A stretch of DNA of 64,000 nucleotides from Vitrella brassicaformis CCMP3155 (GCA_001179505.1 CDMY01000603.1:62001-126000), one strand, 5' to 3'; positions 30,988-44,624 are shown, counted from the stretch's first letter. Notes: generated from the sequence alone by a model not told the origin. Numbers and translations: made by a program.

Positions 30988-31687
30988 GGGGGGGGGGGGG
31001 GGGGGGGGGGGGGGGAGACCGCTCGGCCACCCTCCCACACCGCACCGCACCGCACGACAAACGCTTTTAGGTATAGGTGGAACCATGCACACACACACAC
31101 GGACGACACACACACCGGGACGCACCCGCATGCAGAGAAGAGAACCAGGGGAGAAAGAGAGAGTGGCTCAGCTGGTCGAGTCGACGGAGAGGACACACGC
31201 TGGGCCGTGCCATGCACTGTGTCCGGCTATCGCACGGCACGTGCGCGTGTCGCCTCCCCTGTCCAGTCCACCATCACATCAACCAACCGGCTGTCCGTGG
31301 GTCGGAATTACACAGCCAGCCACAAGAGACAGACAAGGGGAAAAACACGCACCACCACCAGCAGCACCAGCACCACTTGCAGCAAAAGGAAAAGTCACTC
31401 ACATTGGATTGGCCGATCGGTCACACCGCCGACCGCATGACACATCAGAACACAACACAACACAACTATCGAGCAGCGCAAAACTGGGCCAGCACCGCAA
31501 TGGATGGACCACACGCCACGCAGTAACGACACAGAGTCATTTTGGTCTCTCTGTGTGTGAGTGTGCAAACAGAGAGAGACCCGTGGGCGTGGATAATGGC
31601 TGGCTGCTCGCGTGCTTGGCCGCTCGCCCGCCCTCACTCCTGCCTGCCTGCCTGCCCGCCTCCCTGCCAGCGAGCCTAGTGGGTCGA

Positions 31688-34600
31688 TCAGGCCAGGTAA
31701 TTGTACATGCGCCTGCACGGAGAATAGGATAGGATAGGATCGGCATGGCATCCCATCCCATTGCACACACAAACAAAACGCGACAGACAGAGAGGATAGG
31801 ATGGTGTGTGTCCGTGTGTCCGTGTGTGGGGTACGGGCCGTCGTGTCCTTCATGCGTACTGTACCTGTCCTCCTGGCTTCTCTCGAGGTATTCCCTCTCG
31901 ATGAGCTTCTCGATGCGCTGCTTTATCATCGTCGGGGTCGGGTTGAACCTAAACATATACACACACACACACACCGCCACACGGTGGCCACAGAGGGAGG
32001 GAGGCATCTGCCTGCACTGCACCGCACCGGACGCGTCGATGTGTGTCTTAATCTATCGTTGTGTGTACCGACCGCGTCTGCAGGTGTTTGGTGACTTCGA
32101 CGACCAGCTGGTTGTGCTCTAGCTTCTTGCGCATCTTCATGATCCGCACTATCGCCGCCTCAATCCTGACAGACAATGAATGCAATGCCGGCCCGACGCG
32201 TGCAGTGCAGTGCACGTGTGAGTGAGCAGACCACGGCTGGGTGTCTGGCCGTCTGTCTGGCCGTCTGTGTGTGTGTGTCTGTTGTCTTACAGGTGTTTGC
32301 GGTCCTCCTCGACGTTAGCGGGCACCTCTATGGTGGTCGCCGCGCCCGCAGCAGACGAAGAGTCCACACCGCTGCCCTCCAAACCTGGATAACAGCACAA
32401 CACACCAATAGGGGGTGGGTGGGCGTGTGTGTTGTGTTGTGTGTGTGGTCCACCGTGCGCACCTTTCGACCCGACGGCCACGAGTGGCACCTTGAGCCGC
32501 ACCAACTTGGACTCAAAACCAGGGTTAACCTAGAGATGCGCACATCACAGTGGGGCGGCCCTTGCTCGCGAGACGGGGTATAGGTCATGTGTGTGGGTTG
32601 GTACCTCAAAGACGTCGTCGTCGGCGATGTCCTTGTTCTGGTTGTTACCAGCCGCGTTGGTCTTGAGCAGCAACCTGACACACACATACACACACACACA
32701 CACACACACAGAGAGAGACAGAGAGAGAGGGACCGGTGCGGGCGTGTTAGTGGGCTGAAGGGTAAGTACGAGGGCTCACTGACTTGCACTTGGGGGAGAC
32801 GTAGAGACTCATCAGATGGCGCTTCAACTCCTCTATCGGAATCTGAGTCAACTCCTGCGACCGCACACAGACCAACCATCATCCCATCAACGCGCACTCA
32901 CGGGCATCCCATCCCCTCAGCCATCCGCCCCCACCCACACACATCCACACCACAGCACACAGACAGACCTGAATCTCCTTGTATGTGATCTTGTCCCGTT
33001 GGTTGAAGAGGTAGAGGATGCACATCTGGTAGGTCGTGCAGTTGAGGTCGTGGCGGGACTTGGGCAGCGTCGCCTTGATGTCAGCGGTGCCCTGCAGACA
33101 CACACAAAGGAAGACAGAAACAACACAAGAGCTCGTGTGCGTGCCCGTGTGCCTCCGTCTCTCTCGCGTCAGTTGCGCATGGACGCACCCCACCGCCGCA
33201 CCCACCAGATTGTATTGCCATGTGAGCCGCCGTCCGGTGTGCTTGCCCAGGTAGTAGGACTTGAAGTGGTCACACTCGTCCTGCACACACAGATGGATGG
33301 ATGGATGGATGGAACATCCTCCCACTGTCGGTCCCCCCCCCCGCTCATGAGTGGATGCGGTGTGGTGTGTGTGCGGACCGAGATTTCTCTTGGCATGTTG
33401 ATGACGAAGTTGCTGGCATTCGGCCAGTAGCCCGTCGTCAAGACGTGCACCTTCAACTCAACACACGGAGTCCGAGAACTGACACACATACACAACACAG
33501 ACACACACACACACAGACACACATAAGAGAGAGTGGCGAGCGTGTGTGGTGTTTGTACCCCTGCCCCTGCGTCCTGCATATCCTGCGGTAGTCCTTCATG
33601 AGGTCGTCCGACAAGCGGATGTCCGTGAACATGCCCTCCAACTTGGACGTATACAGGTGACCTTCACACATACAAACAAACAGCGATTGCAGTCATTGCA
33701 GACCATGCAGATGCAGCCATGGATGGATGGATGGATGGCGTGCTGGGCTGCGTTGCTCACCGCATTCGGACTTGAGCTTTTGGATCATCTGCTTCTCGGC
33801 CTCCTCGGAGAGGCTGCGCTGGTGGAGCAGACGCTTCGACAGATGCTGCACACACGCATTGCACACACGCATACACGACAGACCCCACCCCAACACGTCA
33901 GTCAATGCATTCAACGCAAACGTGTGCGCGCGTACGTCCGTATTCACCTTCACCTATTTACCTGTTTGTAGTAGTTTTCGAAGACGTCCTTGTCCTGCAG
34001 GAATCTGAAGATGGTGACGACCTGCTCCAGCTTGGCCTCAATGTCCGCATCCGTCAAACCCTTCACAGCTGACCGGATCCATCATACACAAAGTAAGTAC
34101 AGAGCACACCAACACACCACAGCACAGCACACACATATACAGGCAGGGTGTGGTGTGGTCGGATCGATGCGGTTGGCTGTCGGTGGAGTGTGGAGTGGGG
34201 TGGTTGAGCTCACTCTTCTTGAAGAGCTCGTCAACGTAGAGCGAGAGGAACTGTGCAGTGCGGGTGTCCTTGTTGATGAAACTCTCGAACGCCTGATGAC
34301 AGACACACAGACAGACAGACAGGTGGACACACGAGAAACCCTTGTGCGCGTGTGTGGACATCTGCCTTTGGCTGCCTCCCCCCCTGACGTACCGCCTTGA
34401 GGCAGGTCTGGAACTCCTTGGCCTCGCCGAAGGACTCCTTGACAAACGAGTCGTACCTGCACACACCACACACACATGGCGCACCGCACAGGCCACAAAT
34501 GCAATCAATGCATGTGTGTGAATGGGTAGGTGTGTGGGTGCATGGCTGGCTGACTTCTTCTTGAGGTCGAGCAGGGCGTCGATGAACATGACAGGCTCCT

Positions 34601-36706
34601 TAACCCTCTCGGGATCCTTCAGAATCTCCTCACCTGCGGTGGACAACACACCACACACCGACATGGCACGTGTGTTGTGTGACTGTCTGCGTGGCTGTCG
34701 GGGTGTGGTGTGTCAAGACAGTAGTAGAATATACCTCGGTCTACGATGCATTTCCTCATGACCTCCCGCACCTCGACAAGCGTGTCGGGGACGCGCTTGA
34801 ACAACTGAAACAGACGCTTCAAATCTGTACATACATATGTAATGATGGGATGGACGGGAGCACACCAACAAAACATAGGGAAGGAGGGAGGGACACACAT
34901 CATATGGCATTGGCGCGGACAGGCAGGCAGGCAGGCAGATAGTCTAATGTGTGTGCAGGTGAGGTGCAGGCAATGCAGTCATTGCAGCGACCCACCTACG
35001 CTACCTACCCTGCTTCTTGTCATCGTTGAACATGGCAGCGCAACCAGAGTTCTCAGCCTGAAGACACATAACATACACACACACAGCAGGCAGGCAGACA
35101 CCATACAGACCAGACGTGGCGAGTGTGCGTGTGTGGGTGGTGGGTGCGATTCCTGTGTGGGTGCTTACGTGCACGAGTGCCTTGTGGTGCTTTTGGATCC
35201 ACTCAGCGTCCATGATGGCCATGACCTTGTCGAGGCTGCTCGAGTGCAGGTAGTTGTCTACACGCTTCGTCTCCTCGCTTATGCGAGACTCAGCCTGGCA
35301 GGGGGAGCAACGTCACACCACACCACACACCACAAGGAGCCAATGACGCCACATCCATCCATCCATCCGTGTGTGTGTGGCTGGATGAGCGGACAGTACC
35401 TTCTTGAGGTAGTCGGGCACGCCGTTCTCCGAGATGTATCTCTGCGACTCGAGAGTGTAGAAGCGCTCCGTCTCAGCCAGGTAGAAGTCCTCAAAGTTGT
35501 CCTTGTAAACCGTGCGCGACTGCACGCCTGTATGGTATGCCCCCACACACCCACACACCCACCCACACACACGTACACTCCTCGGCTGGCCCGGCCTTCT
35601 TGTGTGTTTGTGAACTGTGTGGGTGTCGGCAGGGCAGGTGGGTACCGAGTTCGACGAGCATCTGGATGGTGTTCTTCATGAGGATGCGATCGATCTGCTG
35701 GCCGTCACGCTCATTCTGGATGTTCTTGAGCAGGATGGTCAGCAGCCGGTCCTTGACACGACCATGGCCCGACACCTGATCGACATAACCAATCGACACA
35801 TCACATCAACCACACCACACACAACACATAAACAAACAACACATATGGGTGGCTGAGTTGGCGACTGTCTGTCTGGCTGTCTGTCTGTCTGGCTGGCTGG
35901 CTGACCTCTTCTCTGAAGAGGTGCAGGCCGAGGTCGAATACGGGGACCTTTCTGTACTGTCCGACGAAGTTGCGGTCCATGTACATGAGAATGTCGCGGA
36001 TCATGATCATCGTCGTGCGGTGGTCCTGCCACTCGTCCTGCAACTTGTTCAACAACTCTACACAACAAACACACATAATGTAATATAACACCACCAGCCA
36101 TGATGCAATGCACCAGACACACAGACAGATGTATGCAGACCAGACCACTGTGTGTGTGTGGGGAGGGGCGTCAGTCAGTCAGTCGGTCCCTCTCTCACTC
36201 ACCGTCGTCGGTTGCGCAGATGACTCTATTGGCGACTTGTTTGAGGTGCTCCTTGACGGTGTCCTGCACACCCTTGTACAGCAGCTCACCGTACTTGTGC
36301 AACACCAAACTATACGCATTCCTGCAGGAACACACACACCGACCAGCACGAAGGACAGTGTGCAGCACAGCCGGGCAAGGCGCATGTGATGTGATGTGTG
36401 CCATGGCGCATCGTGTCGCATACTGCCTGCCTGCCTGCCTGCCTGCCTTCTCTCTGTCCGTGGTGACCGACCGACCGACCGACTTGCTCTGCTCCCTTCA
36501 CTCACTCACCTGTATAGTTCTTCGAAGGAGAGTGAGCCAGCGTTGTGGTTGTGTATGTGCTGGATGGCCGTCTTGAGGCACTCCCAGGTGGCCATGGCGT
36601 CGCGCTCATTCATCGGTTCGCCGCCTCGAAATGACGTTCGAATCAGGTTCTGGCTCTGCATAGATATCTCGATGCTATGCTGGTAGCGGCTAGACGAACG
36701 ATTCAC
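31688..36706 (-). CDS. CUL3: Cullin, cullin-3 type, many exons
   Basis: LSFEELYR|NAYSLVLHKYGELLY; ILMYMDR; LQDKDVFENYYK|QHLSKRLL; YTSKLEGMFTDI; VLTTGYWP; HTGRRLTWQ; neddylation region IEAAIVRIMKMRK; IEKLIEREYLER; YNYLA*. The start could be 36706 or 36661. Confidence 0.93.
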
Positions 36707-36918
36707 TCAACCACCGACGCACCGACCGACACACCGACCGCACGAGCAAGGAGGGAAGGGCACGACCATGCGACGCACAATGCGCCACCCTCTCCAGCAA
36801 AAGCAACGTCGGCAAGCAAAACTTGCCAACACGCTCAATCAGCCACACGCGGCCTGAGTCAAGTGAAGAAGGAGTCAGCTGCGGCCACGATAACAAAGGG
36901 AGTCAGCTGCGCGCTATT

Positions 36919-36926
36919 GCGAGCTT
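36919..36926 (+). promoter_or_regulatory. GCGAGCTT motif in the cullin/carbonic anhydrase divergent promoter
   Basis: Lies between the ATGs at 36706(-) and 37075(+). Confidence 0.55.
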
Positions 36927-37074
36927 TTGGCAGAAGGAGGCATATCGCAAGGCAGGCGTTTCTGGAGTTCGGCATCTAGCGCCAGAGTGCTCTATAGCAC
37001 CTCGCAGCTTCCATCGCAGGGCGAGCCGATTTTGCAGCTTCCGGCGGTGTCTGCGTGTGCAGTGTGCGGTGAGG

Positions 37075-38977
37075 ATGCGTAGGAAGGGGACGGTGACGCT
37101 ATGCCTCTTTCCTCTGATGGCGCTGATGCTCATCGACTTTTTCATCACCCCCGCCCTCTCGTTCTCCCTCCCCGCAAGGACACTCAGCAGATTACGGGAC
37201 GCAAACAGGCGGCGGACTCTGCTGCAACGAACTCGGAGATCACTCAGGCCGCCAGACGCCGACGCCGACGATGGACGGCCGCTGATGAGCGATGTTGACT
37301 TTGAAGCGCTCGAGAATGCGGCAGGCAGTGACGTGAGGCGAGATGGTGCCATGACGAGGGGAGAGCGGTTTAGGATGACGGGACTGAGGGGCGCCGGGCT
37401 GGGCCTGCTGCTGGCAAACGCCATGAGCGGCAGGGAAGAAGCAGGTGAGGGAGGGAGCAAAGCATTAACTCCCCACAGCTGCACTGCACTGCACCGCAAT
37501 CAACGAATGGTGCGTGTGGTGTGGTGTGGTTGGGTGTCTGCTTGTGTTCAGTTGCGGGCGATTGGGGTTACGCGACTCAGGGCAACGACTGGCCCGGCAT
37601 CTGCAATCCCGCCAGGATCACTCTGCGGCAGAGCCCCATCATGCTCAACGAGACGATAGCCATCAACGGACCCAAACAAATGAACCTCAAGATCAACTAC
37701 AAGAAATTCGGCGTACCTCTGCTCTGCAACAACAACGGACACACCATTCAGGTGCGAACCCACAGCACAGCACAGCACAGCCACGGAAGAAGCCTCACCG
37801 AGTGCCTCGCCGAGTGTCTGGCGGTCCGTCTGCAGGTGCGTCCCGAGTCGCAGAAGTTTGTGGACGCTGGTCTCGGTCTGGGTGGCGTGATGGTCAACGG
37901 CCGTGACTATGTCGTGCGACAGTTCCACTTCCACGCCCCGGCAGAGCACACCTACGTATGGAAGCAGGACGCCGTACCCGAGAGGAGAGGACTCGAGCTC
38001 CACATCGTCCACCAATCTGCAAGTGAGGGAGGAAAAGAGGGAGGACATATGGATGCCATCTGATGCTCTCCTTCACTCAAGCTCACCCACCATCGTGTGT
38101 GTATGTTATGTGTGTCTCGTATGTATATCAATGTCTGTCAGTGGGTGACTTGACCGTGTTGGGGGCGACGTTTGAGCCCTACCCGAATGGCGCGGACCCC
38201 AAGAAGTTCCCTGACGCCCCTGGGACCTTCCTCAAGACGCTGCTGGGGCTCAAGAACTTCCCATCAAACACAGGTCAGCAACAGTCAACGAACGAAATGG
38301 ACCGGCAACAAGCTCCAGAAAAGTAACTGTTTGTGATGTGATGTGTGGCTTCATTCAGGAATGGAGGTTAAGCTGCAGCCGAAGGAGGCGCGGCGGATCG
38401 CGTTGGACAAGGTCATACCGAAGAACGCACCCGCCTTCCACTACCTCGGCTCTCTCACCACCCCACCCTGCTCAGAGGTCGTCACATGGTGAGTGGTGGG
38501 TGGAGTATGTTAAATAAATGAGCCGCACAACGAGAAGGAAGCAGCCTGTCTGTCTGTCTGTCTGTCTGTCGTCCGTTCGTTGTGTCGCTTCTTTCGTTGC
38601 GCTGTGCGTGGGTGTAGGTACGTGTTGCGGGACCCTCTTTTTGTGCCGCCATGGCAGATCAAGACGTGGATAGATTTTTTCACACAAGACGGGTCGCTGG
38701 GCAACTGGAGGGAAGAGCAAAACACCGAACTCTACATCCCACCAAGGGTGAGTGAGCTCACGCACCACACCACCACGACACAACAGGACAGACACACCAA
38801 GGAAGGAAGGGAAGGAAAGCATCGTTGTGTGCGCGTATGGCTGTATGGTATGCCGGGTGTCTGTGTTCTGTTTGTTTGCAGGGTCTGCTCAAGACATCAA
38901 CGAGGAACAACCAGCAGCTTTATCGGGTGCAGGTCGAGCCGCTGGTGACTGACAAGGGGCTGCTCAAGCTCGCATGA
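37075..38977 (+). CDS. Alpha-carbonic anhydrase with a long plastid-type presequence
   Basis: WGY...W..IC; RQSPI; NNGHTIQ; QFHFH and ELHIVH zinc ligands; YLGSLTTPPCSEVVTW. The presequence of about 125 aa begins with a signal peptide. TGA at 38975-38977. Confidence 0.93.
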
Positions 38978-40767
38978 CACCATCCCAACACACATCGCAT
39001 CTGGCCCCTTCGCCCCCGTTCCTCTCCCCTCTCCCCTCTCGTGCCTTCATGCTGCTGCTCTCTTGTGTTGTTGGGTACTTACCTGGATGGATGGATGGAT
39101 GGATAGGTGGATCGGATGGGTCCATGCAACGATCGGTGGTGCCTTGCGACGCCTCGCATAAAGGAAGGGATCAGTCAGTCCAGCATTGAACGATGATTGA
39201 ATCCGACTACTGCGAAGCAGTCTGTCTGCATGCCAGCCAGCCAGCCAGATCGGTGGCTAGGTGAATGAGGGGCGTGTGTCCTCAGTACTGACTGAAAGTG
39301 TATGAGGTCAGAGAGATAGGAGGGGTTCGGGGGCAGGGGCGCGGGCCGAGGAGCGGCGAGAACAGATGGAGAGCGGACGAGAGATCTGAGATGAGATGAT
39401 ATGAGATGCGAGAAGGGAAGAGAGGAGACGATGACACGACTGCGCTGCCCAGTTTTGCCTGCCTGCCTGTCTGTCTGTCTATTTGTCGTGATGCCTGCCT
39501 GGGTCTGTCTGTCTGTGGCCTGGCTGGGGCGGCTGGCATGCATCACAGCTCCCATCCTCTCCGCTCCTAGTTGTGCTTGCGCATCGGTCGGCAGGCACGT
39601 TTGGGGAGTACACATTGAGTGCGGCCCGCCTGCAAGTCCTCTCTCACTTGCAGGCATGGCGTGTGCTGGCTGGCTGACAGGCTGAGTGAGTGAGGGGATT
39701 TGAGTATGATGGATGGGACATCTGTATGTACAGGGAGGGAGGGAGGGAGGCCTGATCGATCGAGTCTTTCGTTGTGCCTGCTGCCTGAGTTTTTGTTGAG
39801 CGAGTGGGTGCTGCAGACAAGTGCCCCGCCCTGTGGGTGGACGGATGGCTGGATGGATACGTGTGCGTCCGTGTCTCTTTATCCAAACGTGACAAGTGCA
39901 TTGCGTGACGGGCAAACCCGTATGCATCCCCAGCAAGTATCGCTCTTAAAGGAGCCGGTACCGGCCTCCAGCCCGATCACTCTGCAATCAGTCAAAATGA
40001 CTGTCAAGCAGACCCTTGATCACCTGTGAATGAAAGCAGACCGTGGAATAAGCTAGGAAGCTTAGAAGCATCACAGGCACGCACAGCTGGCTGCGTGGAG
40101 ACGATGCGGAGACATGTTTGTGTGCACGTGGGAATGCTTGGTTGTGTGGGCTTCCCGCAGCCTACCAAGTGCATGGCATGCACCAGACGGATGCAGCGTA
40201 GCGTTGGCGCGGTCACCCGGTGCCACTTAGTGACGTGCATGGTCCGTCCAAACATACACGCGTTGTCCACATGGATCCCATTAAACGATCAAATTCACAT
40301 CGCCAGCAATGTCTCAGGTGAGACACATGTGTCTGCATCCGACCCGACTTCTTGAACTGCTTCAGGGCGATGGCCACCCGCCGGATGTCCTTGACACCTG
40401 ACACACGGACGTACACAGCCACCGAGAGAAATGAATGGCATGAGCCAGACAGACATGCAATGAATGCCTCTCTGTCTTCTGTCTGTCTGGTCGTCTGCGA
40501 GTTGAAGGGTCCGCTCGACACCTTGGGGCGGGGATGGAACACGATGAGAATGGAACACGTGTAGCAGTCGACCTGACACCCATCCATCCATCCATCCATC
40601 CATCCTCCCATCCACCCACAGAGAGAAACCAACGTGAGTGTCGATCGACCGATCGACCGTGGCCGCCCTCGTGAATGAATGAACATGTACCGGTATTCGG
40701 TTGTGCCTCATGTGCGAAGGGCTGGATTTGCTCAGGAGAAGATGAAGAAGATAGTCGATGAGCGTGA

Positions 40768-41116
40768 CTACACAAGATTGGCCATGGCGGCTTTGCCTCG
40801 ATCCATTGGTGTCGCCATGGAGGTGTTATTGCTTAAACACCTGAACCTCACACACACATCCCATTTTCCCGCCCGGGCACTGTACTGTACTGTGTTGGTC
40901 TTTCTCATACAGCTGGAGAAACACATCCTTGATCGATCCATTTTTCAATCCATCCGTATACTGTACGAGCAGCACGAGGAAGGAGATGCTCAGGGCAGAC
41001 AGCTGCAGTAGCAAAAGCAGAGCGTGAATGACGGCTGCGTGCATTTCACCATAGTGGTGGCTGAATTGAGGATCAATCCGCTGTCTCTGCTTTCCAATGA
41101 ACACAGCATGACTCAC
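40768..41116 (-). other. Possible membrane-protein exon fragments of uncertain status
   Basis: Hydrophobic ORF AAVIHALLLLLQLSALSISFLVLLVQY. A plausible intron at about 40851-40910 is followed by a stop. May belong to the neighbouring pseudogene. Confidence 0.3.
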
Positions 41117-41518
41117 TCACTCAGGCACGACCCATACTTACATATACAGATGACCCATTCCAGGCCCTTCTCTCCTATGTGCCCATCCATTGATCCCAAC
41201 ACACGGCCACTTCGCCCCGCCTCCAATACGAAATCACTCCAATCCCATTGTGACGGGCCACCTTGATATACACGTCATGAGCCAGACACTTCTCTCTGGC
41301 CTGCCCGAGACATATGCGAAGACTCTGCCTAGCATGGCGCTGGCAGCCGGCTCACGATTCGTTCATTCTAGAGGGAAAGAGAAAGATATGGGCACAGAGC
41401 AGCCGGGTCGGACGACTCCGATTGCAGCACAAATCGGGGCTTTGCAACTGTGCGGCTGACTGCGCGCTGGAGAGACAAGGAGAGAAATGGCAGCCATGAG
41501 AAAATGCTGCGCACACGA

Positions 41519-44226
41519 TCACACAGACAGAGAGACAGAGGGACATGAGGTGAGCACGTGCACGTGGACATTAAACACTTCGCCTGACCAGAAGATGGCG
41601 ACCAGGAGCAAGGTCAGTAGTCTGCGGCGCACAACGCCTTTCTCGTGCCTGGAGGATAGCATGGGCAGGTTGTGCCATCTCATCATGACACACAGCACGC
41701 ACATCTCGAATAGCTGCTCGAAAGCCACCAGTAACACCAAACCAATGCCTCCCTCCACAAGCTGCTCCCATGGTGCGCCCGCATAACCTTGGACCGTAAG
41801 CACACTCAGGTTAGTAAACAGAAGGGCCGTCAACTCGCAATTGGACCAGATGTGAATTTGGTCGCACAGCGAACGTAGGTACCTTTGGAGAAAAGGGTAT
41901 AAAGATATAGTATCTCTGAGCTTCATGGTGTAGTGTACCATGACTGGGGATACCTTGGAGACACTTCAAGTAAGGTCAAGGCCGACTGCAGCCCTCCGAT
42001 CGGACCGCAGCCCAGCTGTGCGCCGCTGAGAGAGAGCGCTGCGCTCATAATAGAGCTTTGACGCCTCAGCGGATGGCTATCATTTCTCTCGCTCTCCTGC
42101 CTCTCCATCGCATCATTGTCTTTGCCCATAGGTTGCCCACTTATAGCCTCCTCCTTGGTTGTGGCGAGGGCGATGTTCGTCAGCTGATGACCTGTGGGTG
42201 TTCCTTTGTTGGAGCAAGCCTGGGCAAGCCTCTTGGCCCACACACACAGCAGGACCACTGAAATACACACAAACGGAAACAAGAATAACTGTAGAAGAAT
42301 GCACTCATCTTTCCATGGCCACTGACGCACGTACAGTAGGGGGCTGAGATGTCCGTGATCAGGTCGAAGAGTGACATGAAGACGCTGTGGACCAATTTGC
42401 TACTGAACTTGACGGCCTCGGACTGAAGCATTCTCGGGAAGAAAATGTATACCTGTTGAGAAATCAAATAGGCTACAGCCGAGGTTGTACCTCTGCGGGC
42501 CGAAATATCAATTCCTCAGCAATACCATCGCAGGCATCGTGATATGCAGCGAGTTGCATGTTGGGGGCCCCTCCTGAATACAGATTGGATCGTGAGAAAA
42601 AAGTCCGCTGTCATACTGTGGGTGTGTCTCTGTGTCAATTCGTACTTTGAGTGACCGCACGAGCTTGTTAACAAGTCCCATAGGGGCAAGAGGACGGCTT
42701 GGTAGATGACAGCCATACGTAATCGATCCCCATCAGTAGATGCTGCAGCAGCATACTTTGGCGAAAGGGCGTAGATCCAAACTAGGCCCATTGTGTATGC
42801 CACCGCGAAGGCTGCCGTAGCTTTAACCGTGTACTCTCGCTTGGCCCTCATACCCAGCGACCCCGCAGTGCGACGGAAGTACACACAGACGGCTACATAT
42901 GTTGAGCTCCATATGATGGGAGCAATGATTTTTCTTCTCTCCTGGCTGTCAGAATGAAGCTGATGATCAATCGAGATAAAGAGATTCAGCGCCATCATTG
43001 GAAGGAAGAGGACCGACTCCTTCTTCAGCCGCGTCATCATTCTTTGCAGGTCGGTCCCGTCCGTGATGTGCACGGCGAAGAGAGGTATTGCGAGAGACAA
43101 TATAATCCGGCGGAACACATCAAACACCACCCCGAAGATACTCGACGTGCACGAGTGCCCATAAATCAAACCAAAGCCAACAAGGACAATGGCGATGGCT
43201 AAGCTGGCCGCTAACTGCTGCATTGCGAATGTGAAAACCCGTCTCGTAGTCATGCAAAGCGGCTCCGGCTGAAACGTGGCACCGACAAGCACTTCTGCCG
43301 TGGTGCCGTTTGGATGGCTTATCGTCTTATACTCGAGCGTGGTGGGCCACTCTTCGTGAGCGGCTTCATAGCCCGCCGCTTCCCTGAACAGGCCAGGAGA
43401 ACCGAGAGACAGTCATTTGTATCTGCATGATCTGCTCTGACGCTTCATTCCAGTACCTGAATTCACCAACCATCGCATTTATAATCAGCTCCTCGCGACG
43501 CAACTCACGGCCAGAGGACTCTCTGCGTGGGACGCTTGTCTGCCTCGCTTCATTCAACTTGAATGTCGCGGCTGTGCTCGTGGCTGATGTGACAGATGCC
43601 CGTCTTTCATCATCGCCATGCGTTGTGGCCGTGATGTGGTCCCCTGGTCCAGGTGCTGACAGTGTCTTGTCCTTCTCTTCAACGTCATGGTGCTGTTGGC
43701 TCCACAGGCTGACAGAGGATGAGAGATTGGACGAGAAGGTCGAGAGGGCGGCTGGCTGGTCTTCGCATTGGTCCCCAGCTGATTGAGGAGGCCTCACAGC
43801 CTCTCCTATCGGAATCATACTGAACAGTGCGGAGGACCAAAAGAGACAGAATGCCAAGACTCATCGGATTTTACTAGTTGAGGCCTTCCGGAGTCCGCGG
43901 CTTGGGGGCCGCCCCCAGTCTACCAGTCTCCGAGTCTCTTCCAAGTTTGCTAGCAGGGGACTGCGGCCAGCTGACAACACCATGTCCAGTGCAGGTGCTG
44001 CAGCCATCGACCTTCCAGATGATGACGGATCAAAGTAAGCAACTTTGACATGCACAATCATGGCGCAGAGATTCAAGACGGCACACACGGCTATTGTGTG
44101 TGGGATATAAAATGCAGTGGTGGTGACGTATACATGTATGACAGGATGCCAGGCTGCCCCAACTGGCCGCTGCAGAGAAAGATAATCCACAGCCAGTCGA
44201 GTGAGTGGCCGTGTGCGAAGAGACAA
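41519..44226 (-). pseudogene. Intronless multi-pass membrane protein pseudogene
   Basis: TM-rich ORF pieces at 43861-44226, 43366-43857, 42516-43292, 42180-42467, 41923-42330 and 41519-41941. Single in-frame TGAs at 43861 and 42516. Frameshifts near 43400, 42340 (a homopolymer) and 41950. The region lacks microsatellite introns. Confidence 0.6.
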
Positions 44227-44624
44227 GGAGCCACGGACGGAGTGATAAGGAGGGGGAGAGGGGCCCCACCACAGGACTCACACAGACAGACAGATCGATG
44301 CGTGGATGGGCTCTTTTTTGTCTTGCTCTCTCTGTCTCGTCTTTCTATCTCTCTGTCTCTCTGTCTCTCTCTCTCTCTGGCCGTTTCTATGTGTGTGCGT
44401 GGGTGGGTGGGTGGGCGGTATTTGTCTTCCTCTGACAGACCTGTCTGCATGAGTGGATGGGTGCGTGAGTGTATGGTCTTTTTCGTCCCTTGTGCGTGCC
44501 GTGTGAGTCCTAAGGGGCGTGTATGTGTGTGTCTGAAAAATCGTTCGTTCATCTGTAAGCTTAGTCTCCTATGCCCGCATCCATGAAGCTGTCCCATCCT
44601 GGCAAACGCACATGCAGACAGACC

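Noticed and set aside
30370-31732. Long ORFs spanning the first gap (and similar ORFs at 55648-56369)
   Set aside because: They stay open only because N runs and microsatellites contain no stops.
39076-39086. U1 snRNA 5' end (TACTTACCTGG)
   Set aside because: It is followed by a (GATG)n microsatellite, with no U1 stem-loops or Sm site. It is more likely a minus-strand splice-donor-like sequence.
40295-41011. Short ORFs on both strands (40679-41011 +, 40295-40711 -)
   Set aside because: No consistent splice path or recognisable domain, and stops arise in all plausible joins.
42516-43863. In-frame TGA codons as readthrough, selenocysteine or an alternative genetic code
   Set aside because: The same region has at least three frameshifts, and TGA ends several intact genes in this window (VPS28, CUL3, KDM8).
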